This document shows, in pieces, positions 27,312 through 39,690 of a stretch of 64,000 nucleotides of DNA. A model generated the notes under the pieces. The model saw nothing but the letters and a program-made list of their open reading frames with translations, made no database searches and had not been told where the DNA came from. Both the position numbers and the translations under genes were made by a program. Position 1 is the first letter of the stretch. Every line of letters starts with the position of its first letter. Source of the stretch: the human T2T-CHM13v2.0 reference genome, Homo sapiens; the NCBI RefSeq assembly GCF_009914755.1, contig NC_060925.1; one strand, given 5' to 3'.

Positions 27312-29737
27312 CATTTTCTTAGCTTTCATCAGATTCACGAAGAACAACATGATTTCAAAAGTGTTGAGAACATGGCCTAGTAGAAAGAGTAGAACTAGAA
27401 GCCAGGAGACTGGAGTTCAAATAGCAGATTGTACCCTTACTGGACACTATCTCAGGGCTCTGAACATCCATGGCCTCCACTCTGTTATTGATTTAACCAG
27501 ACCATTTTCATGGGGCCATTTTAGGAATCAAATGAGAGCTAATGTGGGTCAAAGTCCTTTGGAAATTACAAACCATTATATGAATGCTTCTGTCCAGAGA
27601 CTTTCTGATGTGACAATGGGCTCTGCCCAAAATAGGACAATGCCCAGTTGTCACCACAAGACAGAATGGAAAAGTGACAGCTTCCCAGATGACACGAAAT
27701 TTCTAGAAAGCCGGGTTAATTTCTTTCAAAACTATCACTAAGATGAGTACAAAAGGCCCAATATAGCTTGATGATGCTGTACTCATAAAGATAAACACTG
27801 TAGTAATAATACTTGTCTTTGTTGAGTACTTACTACCTGTCAGGTACTTTGCGTGGATTATTTCATTTAATATTCACCACTGTCCTGTGAGGTTCCTCTC
27901 ATTACTGTCCTCACTTCACCAATGGACAAACTGGAATTTTAAATGTTACTTCATTTTAAATGTTATGTAACAGGCCAAGATCACACAGCTAGTAAACAGT
28001 GAAGCCAGGATTAAACTCCAGCCCATGCACTTCTCCACCACCCTCTGGAATGATCGTCAGAGAAGATGCTCCCTGCATCCGACTACTCTCAGCCTCTCTG
28101 GGGCTGTTTCCTCACCTGCAGAATGAGGATATTAATGCCTACCATGCTGTTTACATAGAAGATATGCTAATCCAAAAATACATCTAGATTTTTAGAAGAA
28201 AAAATGATAAACACATCATATCTCATCACACATATATGATTTTAAAGTGGTTTTATAGGGAAAACAACATTATATCATTCATGTAATACAGTATGCCAAA
28301 ATCTTGGATGTCCATAAATTCCAGACATGGAGTAATATTCTCCATGTCTGGAAAAACATAAAATTGCATAGGGGAAAAACATAAAATTGCATATAAAAAC
28401 TAACAACAAAACAGTATATGGATATGGACACACACAGGCACATAGCAGGCATCCCGTCACTGGGAGTTATCATTGGACACAAGGGAATTTTTGGACATTG
28501 GGAATGAGGAAAACGTGTACGTGGTTGCAACTGTGGTACTTCACAATTTGTCCATTCAAAAAAAGATTTACTGAACACCTGGCCCATGTTGGGAACTGTT
28601 CAGAACCTGCGTGTGAATGCAATGGTGAACAAGGCGTAGTTTTTGTTCTCAAGGAACGTACTATAGTGGAATTTTCTATTTCCCTGATACAATCTATATG
28701 AAAATGCTTTGCAAATGGTATGGCAGCATGGCAAACGCAAGGAATTATTTTCTTGTTATTCATTATATCACATGTTGGGAATGTCTTTACAACCCTGCTC
28801 AAAGTGAACACGGCTAAATTCCAAGAGTGTGTTTGTTCACCCTGTAATTTTTCCTTCCCTCATTCAGAGCAGGTGATTATGCTCTTTGAATGTCCAACTG
28901 TCCGTGACTTGGAGATTTCTGCAGGGAATAAAACAGAAGTTCCTAAAGGCAATAGTCCTTCCTGTCTTCTGTAAAGTCCTGAGTCCCCTGAGGACATTAT
29001 CTGTGTATTCTGGGGTGTGTGTGTGTGTGTGTGTCAGTCACAGCACAGTGGTGCCCTAAAGAGAAAAAGCAGGGTTTCCCTGAGACCAAGAAGATGTTGA
29101 AAGTTTACAGGATCTTGGGGATATGGGAACCCTTGAATGGCTCCATAGCCATGTCCTAGTACCTCAGAAGGGGAGGCTGGACCATTGGCCTGAGGACTCC
29201 CAGTTCATCAAAGATTCTAGGCCCCATGCTGAGCACAGAAGCCCAAGAGCTGTCAGTCATAAAGAAACCTGTGAGCTGACCACAGGGGTAACCAATGTGG
29301 ACCCATGACCAGAAGAGACTTCCTGTTGCTTGGGAGCTTTAGAAAACCCCAATATCATGGGACATGGAGATGGGAAGCCCCAGTAGTGACTAGGATTGAA
29401 CTCCTGCCAATCTGGTGCAAGAGGGGCTTAGGATCAGTATAAGTTGATTTAGCAGAACCCTGCCCTTCCCATCCAAAAAAGGAGAGAAGATAATTCTTAG
29501 CACCTGAATTCAGGCTCAGCTCCATACTCTACACTGGCAAACCGCAGCCTTTCTAATATGCCTGGGACCCACAGTAAGAGATGCCACCGTGAGCGATAAG
29601 TCCTCCTGGGGGCAGTGAGAAGGCTGAGCTGGCATCAGCAACTGAGGCGAGGGGTAGGAGGGAAAATTCTGCCCAGCTCAGATCACCAAGAGTCACAAGC
29701 ACAGAAAGGGCCTCTGGCGCCAGGTATTGCCACCAAC

Positions 29738-29755
29738 TCGAGGCAGGGGGCGCTA
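29738..29755 (+). promoter_or_regulatory. Partial CTCF-like motif, intron 13
   Basis: tcgaggCAGGGGGCGCTA; 3' 12 nt match the consensus, 5' part is weak. Confidence 0.4.
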
Positions 29756-30841
29756 TTGACCACTGGCTGAACTACAGTGCACAGGGAAGCAGTCACACCA
29801 GTTCAGAAACCAACTGGAATAAGAAAAAATAGACATGGGGCATGCATTTTCTATCTGATAAACTCACAACACAAACCCCCAAGGCAAGATGGATCCTTAT
29901 TTGGCACCATCTCATGCATCAGCAGAAACACGAGCTTGTAAATTTGACACATGTCAAATCACAGAATATGTGATTTGTATATGTGGTGTGTATATGGGTG
30001 TGTGTGTGTCTGCCCCCACCTCCATTCAGCCAAAGATGTCACGCCCAGCAGCTGGGAGCACTCTGTGTGGCATCTGCAGCCAGAGACACGTCAGTGTTGG
30101 ACGGAGGGGTAGAAGCTGGGCCTGTGCCCCCATGAAGGTGGTCCTCCCCACCCAGGCCAGTGCCCACTGGCCACAGACACAGCATGGCTCTCAGGGAGCA
30201 GCAGCACCCAATATACCCATCATCCGCCACACCCACCATCTGAGAACAACGACAGTACATTGAGGACACAGTGAGGAATAAAGGGAGTGAGGTGGTGAAC
30301 CCACACCTCAAACCCTACATATTTATTCCTCCAAAGTCGGCTCAGAACTCACCTCCTCCATGGGGCCTTCCCAGACTAGGCACTCCTCCAGCACCCCTCA
30401 GACTACACATACTCAAGTTTAGATGGGTTTTCTGGTGTGTTCTTCTCTTCATCTTTCACATATACTTTCATCATTTGTCCTCCAAAAGACTGGAGGTCAA
30501 TCCAAGAGCAGGACACTGGATCTATTCTCTCAAGGACTTCTCTATCTTGCACAGGACAGCTTAGGCACAGTGGGTGCTCTATCTGTGGGTCCTGCTTATC
30601 AAACATGGAAGACGATGGCTAAGACCTCCCCCAGGGGGTAGGGATATATTACAAAGCCTGGGTTCCAGGGCTACTTCTGTCTCATCTTCATCAGGAAGAG
30701 ACAGGGACTAGAAAATGTTGTGGCCCTAACTAATAAGAAGTTATCATCCTTAATACATAAAGATTCTGACAAATCAAGAAGAAACCTGGAATGACTGCTA
30801 TGCAACAGTGTCAGAGTTTGGCATACAAAAAGATTGCATAC

Positions 30842-30878
30842 CTCATATGGGTTTCCAGCTACCACATCCCCAATTTCT
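30842..30878 (-). CDS. CAPN8: CAPN8 exon 13: EIGDVVAGNPYE
   Basis: tttcag|AGAAAT...ATGAG|gtatgc, 37 nt; restores frame. Confidence 0.92.
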
Positions 30879-31274
30879 CTGAAATGCAAAGAAAGAAATA
30901 AACCAAACATGAGTAAGTAAAAAGTACAGCTAATGGCTGGGTTGTTTTAGGAAGATTTCGACCCTCCTGAGAGATTGGGCTCGCACCCCAGACCTCATTT
31001 CCTACTAAAAACTGCATAAACAGAATCTTTAGCCAAGATTCCTCTCCCTTGCCTCCTCAACCTCCACCCCACCCTGAGTTTTTCATCAGAGACAAGAGCT
31101 TCCCAGTGCCATTGGCCCTTCAAGGATTCTAGAATGTTCACCCTGATGGATCACTCCCAGGGACAAAAGTGGTAACGGGTAAGGTAGGGAGAGAATTCCC
31201 CAGAAGGGTGATCCCTGTAGAAATGTCCTCTGGGGGCTAAGCCAGCAAGCCCACAGCCCTTGCAGGTGTGCATA

Positions 31275-32392
31275 GATGTTGTGTGTGCTATGGTGTGTGT
31301 GTGTGTCATATGTATGTGGTATGTGTGAATGGTATGTATATAGTGTGTATGTGGTATGAGTGTGTGCTGTGTGATTGTGTGGAGTGTGTGCGGTATGTAC
31401 ATGGTGTGTGTGAATGGTGTACTGTGTGTGTACTGTATGATGTGTGATGTGTGTGGTGTGCACATATGGTGTGTGGTGTGTTTGGTGTGTGTGGTATGTA
31501 ATATGTGGTATGCATGTGCTTGTAGTATGTGTGCTGCATGTGTGGTATAAATGTGTGTGTGATATATATGTGTGGTGTGTATGTGTAGTGTGTATAGTGT
31601 GTGCAGTATGTGATGTGTGTGATATGTAATACATGATGTTCATGTGTGTGGTGTGTGGTGTATACGTGTGCATGGTGTGTATGTGGTGTACGTAAGTGTA
31701 AGTAACATGTGTATAGTATATGTGTGGGAGATGTATGTGGTATATAGTGTGTAGTGTATGACTGATGTGTACTGTGTGTATGTGTGTGTACATGCTGTAT
31801 GTGTATTACGGTATGTTGTATGTACATGGTGTGTACATGTGGTGTATACCTGCTGTGTGTGTGTGGTGTGTATGTGTGGTGTGTGTGCATGGTATGTGTA
31901 GTGTATGTGTTATGTGTGAGTGGAGTATGTGTGTGGTATGTGGTATGTATATGTGTGTGGGTGGTACATGTGATGTGTATATGTGTGTGGTATATACATG
32001 ATGTGTGTGAGTGGGGCATGTGTGTGGTATATATGCATGTGTGTGGAGAGTGTGTGTTGTGTATGTGTGTATGGTGTGTATATGTGGCATGTGGTATGTA
32101 TGTATGTAGTGCATGTGTGTGTTGTGTATGTGTGTGGTGTGTGATGTATGTATGTGGTATGTGGTGTATGTTTGTGTGGCATGTGGTGTGTATGTGTGTG
32201 GCGTGTGTGTGTGGTATGTATGTGTGTGGTGCATGTGTGTGATACGTGGTGTGTATGTGTGTGGCATGTGGTGTGTGTGGTGTGTGTGTGTGGTATGTAT
32301 GTGTGTGGTGTATGTGTGTGATACGTGGTGTGTATGTGTGTGGCATGTGGTGTGTATGTGTGTATATGTGGTGTGTATATGGGTGTGTGTGT
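31275..32392. repeat. Degenerate (TG/TATG/TGG)n low-complexity tract in intron 12 (CA-rich on the transcript)
   Basis: About 1.1 kb of near-alternating purine-pyrimidine sequence. Confidence 0.95.
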
Positions 32393-32697
32393 GAGGGGAG
32401 GAGGGGTACTCTGGTCCAGGTACCGCTCTCGGGGTCTCACATGCTCCTGCTGCACAGGTGGGAGCCCCAGTCCAGGCCACTGCTGGTCTGGTTCTCTTTC
32501 TCTCCGTGACCTATAGAGCAAGGTGGAGGGGTAGGAGGGGGACACCCAGTGAAGGGTCCTTTGGCCTTGTAGTTTCTTAGAGGCTTCTTCTGGGAACATG
32601 TACTGGGAGCTGGGGTGGGTCCTGCACCTGCATGGGGCCATTTCCCTTCGTGGGCCCACAGACAACTGTTCCCCACCACGGAGGGAAGGAGACGCAC

Positions 32698-32909
32698 AGG
32701 GCCTGGGCCTTCTTCTCTGAGAACACTCTCAAGCAGAACTCGCCGTCTTTGAAGGGTTCAAATGTGGATGGCACCACCAGGTACTCCCCAGGGGGCAGCC
32801 GGGCCCGGCCAGAGACCTCCCGCAGGTTGACGTAGGTGCTGGTGCGGGCTGAGGGCTGGTAGGCCAGGAAGAAATCCCGGCCCAAGTGTGCGTCCGTGTG
32901 ACTCTCCAG
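32698..32909 (-). CDS. CAPN8: CAPN8 exon 12: [14 protein letters not shown]...[28 protein letters not shown]
   Basis: gtgcag|CTGGAG...GCCCT|gtgcgt, 212 nt. Confidence 0.95.
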
Positions 32910-34375
32910 CTGCACGAAACAATAAGCAGAGTCAATTTCTTGTTAAATCCTGGAAGATGAGAGCCCAAGAGTTCAGCTTTATTGTGCTGATTTAGGAATT
33001 ATTGATTTTTACCATTGCACCAAGAATCAGGAGGCCATGGATTCTGTTGTGAACTCACTGTATGTCAATCATCAAGTGTATTTTCAGTGCCTTCTGGGTG
33101 CCAGGCCCTGTTTGAGGCATTGATCTTGACTGTGTGACCTTGACCTCTGGGCCTCCCCAGTTAAACGAAGGTTGAGGGACAGGGTCTCTAGTGTGCGCTC
33201 AGCTTCTCTCTGGATATTTTTCCTCTCTAATCCAATAGGCTCTTTCATTCTGCAGCTGTCTCTGGGAGTGTGGCATTGATCTTCCCAGTACAGGCCCAAG
33301 GCTGGAGAAAAGAGCTTAAATCCTAGTCCTCAAGCAAAAGCTGCCACAAAAACTTGTTCACCTTTGACTATCTGTGAAAACTGCTCTGCAAAGAGACTAG
33401 GATGGTCAGTCTGGGAACCCAGGGAGGCAGCTCTAAAAGAGACAGGCAGAGGGGGCGGCCACAGCTAGGCCTAGTCTGGGGTCCCCCCAGCCTCCCCAGG
33501 GCCTCGACTCTCCTCAACAGGCGACGATGCTCTCCAAGACCCACTTATTTGTTGCGGGGAGGTGGGAGGCTGTTGGTGCATGACACAGGTTAATTAGTGA
33601 CTGCAGAGTGCTTCCAAAACACAGGTGCCAAAGTTATTATTGCTGTAATTAAGCCTCCCCATAACACTGTGTCTTTACCATCAATCTTCATCAAGATGCC
33701 TGTGACAGAGGCCAGGTGCTGATACACTGCAAGGGCTGTTAACTTCTGTGTGACCCAGAGCTGAAATGTCCACCCCAGAGTGGACAGTGTTCATTCTTGG
33801 TCATCAGACCCTCTTTGGATTACAGATCTGCTAAGCAAAGAAGGAAGCAGGCCACCTGCCCCCACTACCCTAGTCAGGACTCCACATAGAGCCCTCAGGC
33901 AGTCCCCACTAACCCGGCCACTAGGGTGCCCACAGTCCTTGAGATTCTCCCTAAAAATGCTTACATTCTGGGCAGGAGAATGCTGGTGGTGTGGCCAGAG
34001 AGGATGTGACCAAGGCCTACATGTCATGAGTTAAAGGTCATTCTTGCCATACCTGATGGTAGCAAAGGGAGGAGACAGGGCACTGGTAGGAGAAAGCACT
34101 CAGGAGAGTTGAAGTAAGGAAGCTACTCTAATTTGTCTTGGGTTGGGAAGGGGGCAAACTGAGTTCCAGCAAGAATCCAGGGGTGGAGCAGGTTAGAGAA
34201 GTCCTATTTGGGGGCCAGAGTGGGAACTGGAGGACACTGAGGCAAGATCTAGGTAAGACTCTGTCCTACTAGGGACCCCAAGTAAGCAGGTGCCACAAGG
34301 TCCCTGGCCCCCACATCTGCCCTTGACATAGCTCAGCTCAAAGTTACAGGATGGAGGTTGGGCAGGTTTAACTAA

Positions 34376-34556
34376 GGGTGGTTCTCAGTGTGGGATCAGG
34401 ATCAGCAGGAGCACCCCAGGGTAACTTGTTAGAATGCAAATTCTCAGGCCCCACCCTAGACTGAAAGAATCAAAAACTCCAGGAGCAGGGCCCAAAAATC
34501 TGTGCTTCAACACGCCCTCTAGGGGATTCAGAAGCACATTCTAAGTTTGACAACTG
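34376..34556. mobile_element. MER5A-like hAT-Charlie MITE
   Basis: gtggttctca...ttgttagaatgcaaattctcaggccccaccc..agact...aagtttga. Confidence 0.7.
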
Positions 34557-34752
34557 TTGTCCTGAAGGCCCCCCGGCACTCGTAGAGCACAGGATCCAGG
34601 GTGACACATTGAGGGCACTGTGAGGTGCTGCTGGAGAAAGCTCCATTGTGTGTGCACGTCACCTCTCTCTCATATAAATGGGGCATTTCTGATGGGAACC
34701 ACCATCACCCAGACTTAAATCAGCTTTGGTTTTAATTATTTTCCAGTAGTAA

Positions 34753-35222
34753 TGAGGTAGGAGGTAGGACTCAACTCCCAGCAGGACGCTGGACCAAATG
34801 GAGCACTAGCTGAAACAGGGAAGAGGTGAAAGCACCTCTCCATGAGACATACCCACCAGTGTGCCCTATCAGTTTACTGTTGCCTTGGCAACATCCAGAA
34901 GTTACTGCCCCTTTCCATGGCAACAACCTGACAACCCAGATGTTAACATTCTTTTTCTAGAAATTTCTGCATAATCTGCCCCTTAATTTGCATATAATTA
35001 AAAGTTGGTATAAATATGAGTGTGGACCTGCCTGTCAGCTGCTACTGTGGGCTCACTGACTATGAGGTAGCCCTGCTCTGCAAGGACCTCTGTTGCTGCT
35101 CTACCCTGCCACTTCAATAAAAGTTGCTAACACCACTGTCTGGTCCTTGAATTTTTTCCTGGGTGAAGCCAAGAACCCTCCCAGGCTAAGCCCCAATTTG
35201 AGGGCTCACCTGCCCTGCATCA
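34753..35222 (+). mobile_element. Full-length ERV1-class solo LTR (LTR26/MER41-related), antisense to CAPN8
   Basis: TG...CA ends, 4-bp TSD gtaa, TATA box about 35009, AATAAA about 35116. Confidence 0.8.
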
Positions 35223-35790
35223 GTAAGAGGTATTTGCTCTAAACCATTCACTTCCTTGTCTGTTCCCTCTGTAATCAATAACATGCACTTTGTGAGCCAA
35301 GGGCAGGTGGACCAGTAATCTGCAGCCTTGGATCAAGGCATACACTAGAGCTGATGAATTGAGCCTTGCTGGCACATGCTTCATGGCTAGCCAAGCTTGA
35401 AAACCCAGAAGAACTGGGGTAAAGCTGAGCAGGGTGGATGCACCTATACATAATTAGTGCAACTGACTCCAGCTAGAGGAAGCCCAGATAGAACACTGGT
35501 TCTCAACCTTGGCTGCCCATTGGAATCACCTTGTTCAGACCACCAGGGGCATGGGGAAAAAGGTCACCACTGTTCCTTCCATGAGGGCCTGACAGATGGG
35601 ACTTGCAATGGTCCTCACCCACTCTCAGAGCTACCAGCCTACTCATGTGGTTTGATTCATGACTGGATCATGTGAGAGCTGTGGAACAACCAGCTTCTAC
35701 CACAGGAAACAGACGCTGCTGGCTGCCCATCCTGAAGGCAGCCAAGCTATTTCTCACCAAAGGAAGGAATCTCTGTCAGCACTCACATAC

Positions 35791-35802
35791 CTCCTTGGGA
35801 AC
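35791..35802 (-). CDS. CAPN8: CAPN8 exon 11, 12-nt microexon (VPKE)
   Basis: ttttcttctgccccacag|GTTCCCAAGGAG|gtatgt; matches the 12-nt exon of classical calpains. Confidence 0.9.
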
Positions 35803-36004
35803 CTGTGGGGCAGAAGAAAAGAGCAGGTCACCTGAGAGCTCCAAGGTCCTCCTTCTGCTCCTTTTCCTCTCTCCCTATGTCTTGCAAACAGACTGTGCAG
35901 TCCTGGGGCAACTGAGGAGACATTTGTGCTAAAGTGAGAAGCCAGTCAGCATTTCTGAAACTGGAACACTACTGATGAATTTCAAGGCCATCTATAAATA
36001 GGAT

Positions 36005-36040
36005 CCTAGAAATCTGGTGGGGGACCACCAGATTTCTAGG
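36005..36040. repeat. Perfect inverted repeat: 16-bp stem, 4-nt loop
   Basis: cctagaaatctggtgg-ggga-ccaccagatttctagg. Confidence 0.95.
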
Positions 36041-37661
36041 TTCTACTTTCTTATTTTCTAGTTGTAGAATCTACCAAGATCTCAAATTATTCAGGAGTAA
36101 TAGCCTTGGGGTTTCAATGAGAGCTAATCTCTTCTTCAGACCTACAGACCTGGTGTCCAAGATCAAGAGCTTGACCAGAGTGGGGGAATCTCACTCAACC
36201 TGAGCCATAGTTTATTCTGCCCTTGGCTATGGTGAAATGGTTCAAGAACAGGCACATGACCCAAGCTGAGCCCATCAGAGACTTACTTCTCTGGGATTTC
36301 TGAATTGGAACTAACAGAAGGGACTCCTTTCTTAATGCTAGTGATATTAGGGAATGAAGAAATCTAGACTAGCACAATGTCATCAGCACTAGAGAGGAGA
36401 TGTGGAAAGAAAGAATCCTGGTAGTATCCAAGTCCCTTGTCCCAAGCCTTCATCTCCTTCCCTTAATTTGGTTTCATGAGCTGGTACACTATTTTCACTA
36501 GCCTAGCTCGAGTTGGGCTTTATTATATGCAACTGGAAGTGTTGACTCCCATAAGAGAGTAGCTCTCAGATCCAGAGTAGAAGCTTTCCCATGCCTGGGG
36601 TTCCTATGCCAGGCTAGAGAAGAGGATTCAGACCCCATAATTTGTCCCTTTCCATTCTTTGTCCCTGACACATAGGCCCTTTTGACCAGAAGACCATCCA
36701 TTATTTGTGGTTTAGGTCTATGGTCAACTGCCTATAACTCTGAAAAACAACAATATTACAGAAAATGTGTATCAGCTGGCATGCTCACTTCTGGAGCCCC
36801 CATGGGTCATTGGCAGCAGAAGTAGAAGAGTCCAGGGTCACAGTCATTCCTCTAATTTTGAGTGTAAAACCAAAATCACCCATGCAGAGGCCTCACAAGT
36901 ATCTTCCTGTCAGCTCCTGGCCTAATAGCCTTTACACACCCTTGGCAGGGGCTTGCCCAACCACATGGGCCGTCTTTCCACAAACAACTTGACCACCTCT
37001 GCTGCCATCAGTATGCTCCAGATCCACCCTACCAAGAATCACCCAGCAGAAACTGAGCCAGGCAGGTGGGGCCTCTTGGTGGCACAAATCCAGAGCAGCG
37101 AGGTAAGGGAGCAGGCCTTAGCCACTGCCCATGGGTGGATGGAAAGAAACAGTCATCTTTCAAATGCAGGATCCTGACTGCAAATGACAGGCTGGCCTGG
37201 CATCACTGCAGGAAGATAGAGGGGAGAGAGAGGAGGCCAGACAAGGAGGGCTCTTTAGTCTTTGGAGGCACCTGGCTGCTTCTCAGTCAGCAGCAGGTTT
37301 TCATCCTCAATCCAAACTCCAGTTAAAGCAAGAGAAGGGAGATACAGGAATGAGAATATGGCACCCACTCCCTGCAACCCCAGCTACTCCCTATAACCCC
37401 AGCTACTTCTGATACCCTCTTAACCTGACTTTTAAACTGTTTTCACTTATGGATGTCATGCTCTAAATTATATGCCTGTGGCCAGATATAGAAGGACCAC
37501 AGATCACACACACTGGAATATTTTATAAGCAGCTATAATTTGATGACTAAAAAACTGATATGCTTTATATATTATTTATGAGCGCAAATGTCATGCCACA
37601 CAAAGCTATTTCAGTCCCTTTGAAAGAATGCTTTGCTGGTCTGGTTATATAAGGTAGGCCT

Positions 37662-37958
37662 GGCTGAGTGCAGTGGCTCACGCCTTTAATGCCCGCACTT
37701 TGGGAGGCCAAAGCGGGTGGATCACCTGAGGTCAGGAATTTGAGACCAGCCTGGCCAAAATGGGTGAAACCCCATCTCTACTAAAAACACAAAAATTAGC
37801 CAGATGTGGTGGCACGCACCTGTAATCCCAGCTACTCAAGAGGCTGAGGCAGGAGAATTGCTTGAACCTGGGAGACGGAGGTTGCAGTGAGCCGAGTTCA
37901 CAGCACTGCACTCCAGCCTGGGCGACATAGTGAGAGTCCGTCTCAAAAAAAAAAAAAA
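37662..37958 (+). mobile_element. Alu with TSD aaggtaggcct
   Basis: Alu consensus plus flanking duplication. Confidence 0.94.
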
Positions 37959-39514
37959 GGTAGGCCTGATGGATGAAGAACTGAGTAGCCCACCCTGCAG
38001 CCATGCCCACCTACTATTGACTCTCCAAAACCATCACTTAACTTTCAAGCTGCCAAGAAATGTCCTTTTGGCTGGAATGTTCTCCCTTGAAATCAAGCTC
38101 ATCTTTCAAGGTTCTCATCAAAATCTCCTCCTCGATGAAGCTGAGGTGAACCCAGCCCATTGTGTCAGGTCCCCATCACAGCAGATCTGACCTGCTCTGT
38201 TGCCAGTGGAGTGTGCATCTCACTTTCCACTTCAGATTGTGAGCACCTTGAGGGCAGTAACTATGTGATAATCCTCCATGTCCTCAGCTTTCAGCACAGC
38301 ACCCGGCACATAATAGATGCTCACTACAGTTTGTTGAATTGATGCGCATACACTAAGTGCCTACTCAGGTTTTTATCTCTTCAAACAGAGTCTGGCTTTG
38401 TGCTACTTACATTCTAGGTGGAGATGAAAGAGCCACACTGGAGTAGAATTGGAGTTTATTTATTTGCAATTCCTTTCTCCTGCCATCAATTAGCAATTAT
38501 TTTCCAACTCCCATTCTTCAACATAAAATATACTCGCATGCTCGTGCATGTGCACACATGCACATATACACCCTAAACTCTAAAGCCCTAAATTCCAGAA
38601 TATGAGAAATAAAGTGTGGGGTGCAGATAGGATCTCGACCATTGCACTATTTCCTTACTGGTTTCTTATTACAATATTTTTTTCATACATTAATTTATAC
38701 TGAGATATTGGGCCTCCAGACAGCTCTTGGTCTTCCTGATTAGAATTGTATTTTTCCCAAGAAATTCCTTTAATAAAATTGATTTAAAAATGGCCACCAT
38801 GAGCCCCGCTGGAATTTGCTATAAGGAGTCTTTGCCTGTATAAAAAAGTGGATTCCAATTTGCTTCTGGCTAGACTTGTCAAGACACAAAGGTCTTGCTT
38901 TAACATATCTGTGAGGCTGTTAAGTCTGTAGAGGGGTGGCTGCCAGGAAAACTGGCATATTAGTCAGGGACTGCAGCGTGAGCCCAGAGACAGCTGTATT
39001 CCAGAGTTCAGAGACACCAGAACTGAAAATGGGCACGTGGTTTCCATCACCCCAGCTCATGCCCTGTGTGCTCCAAGTGTCTCAAGGCCTCCCAGGGAAT
39101 AGTTGTCTTTGGCTCCCATATCCAGCCTCCTTCCCTGACTCAGTGATGCCCCTCATCTTCCTTGTGCCACCTCAAGTGCCTTATGCCCCCATGTTCTTGG
39201 CTCTTGTCCCTGGGGAAGCCTGTACTTGGAAAAGAGTCTAATGAACACATGTACACTGAGCCCTCAATGACAGGCAAAGGTTAATGTATCACACATCTCA
39301 ATGTTAACAGCAGAGACTTAAGCCATAGGAATGAATCTCTAAATGTGGAATTCAGGCCTCAGTAAGGCCACTGGGAGAGGTATATAGAGGAGCAAGGACG
39401 CTTCTCGATTAGGAATACTCCAGCAATAGGAAAGATGTGCTACAATGACTGGCCAAGATATTCAGCCCCAAAACATCAAGTGTATAATGAAGGACAAACC
39501 CAGCACAGCAGTAC

Positions 39515-39690
39515 CTGGTAGACGGCATAGCCGATGCTAAGCATGCCTTGTCCTATCCGCTTCCGCCACCTGCGATTTTTCTGCATCAGGCCCAGCAGCA
39601 CTGTACAGCAGGGTTCACCGATGCTCTCCTCCTGGTCCTCATCCACTTCATCCAAACGGATTTTGAACTGGGGATTGGTCCAGTACGTGG
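39515..39690 (-). CDS. CAPN8: CAPN8 exon 10 (C2L domain, acidic loop): ATYWTNPQFKIRLDEVDEDQEE...IGYAVYQ
   Basis: ttccag|CCACGT...TACCAG|gtactg, 176 nt. Confidence 0.95.

Noticed and set aside
27696-27708. Perfect HSE GAAatTTCtaGAA in intron 13
   Set aside because: Only nine fixed bases, so about one chance hit is expected in 64 kb; no supporting promoter context
31086-32665. Long His/Thr-rich and Cys/Val-rich ORFs (up to 346 aa)
   Set aside because: Translation artefacts of the stop-poor TG/CA low-complexity tract
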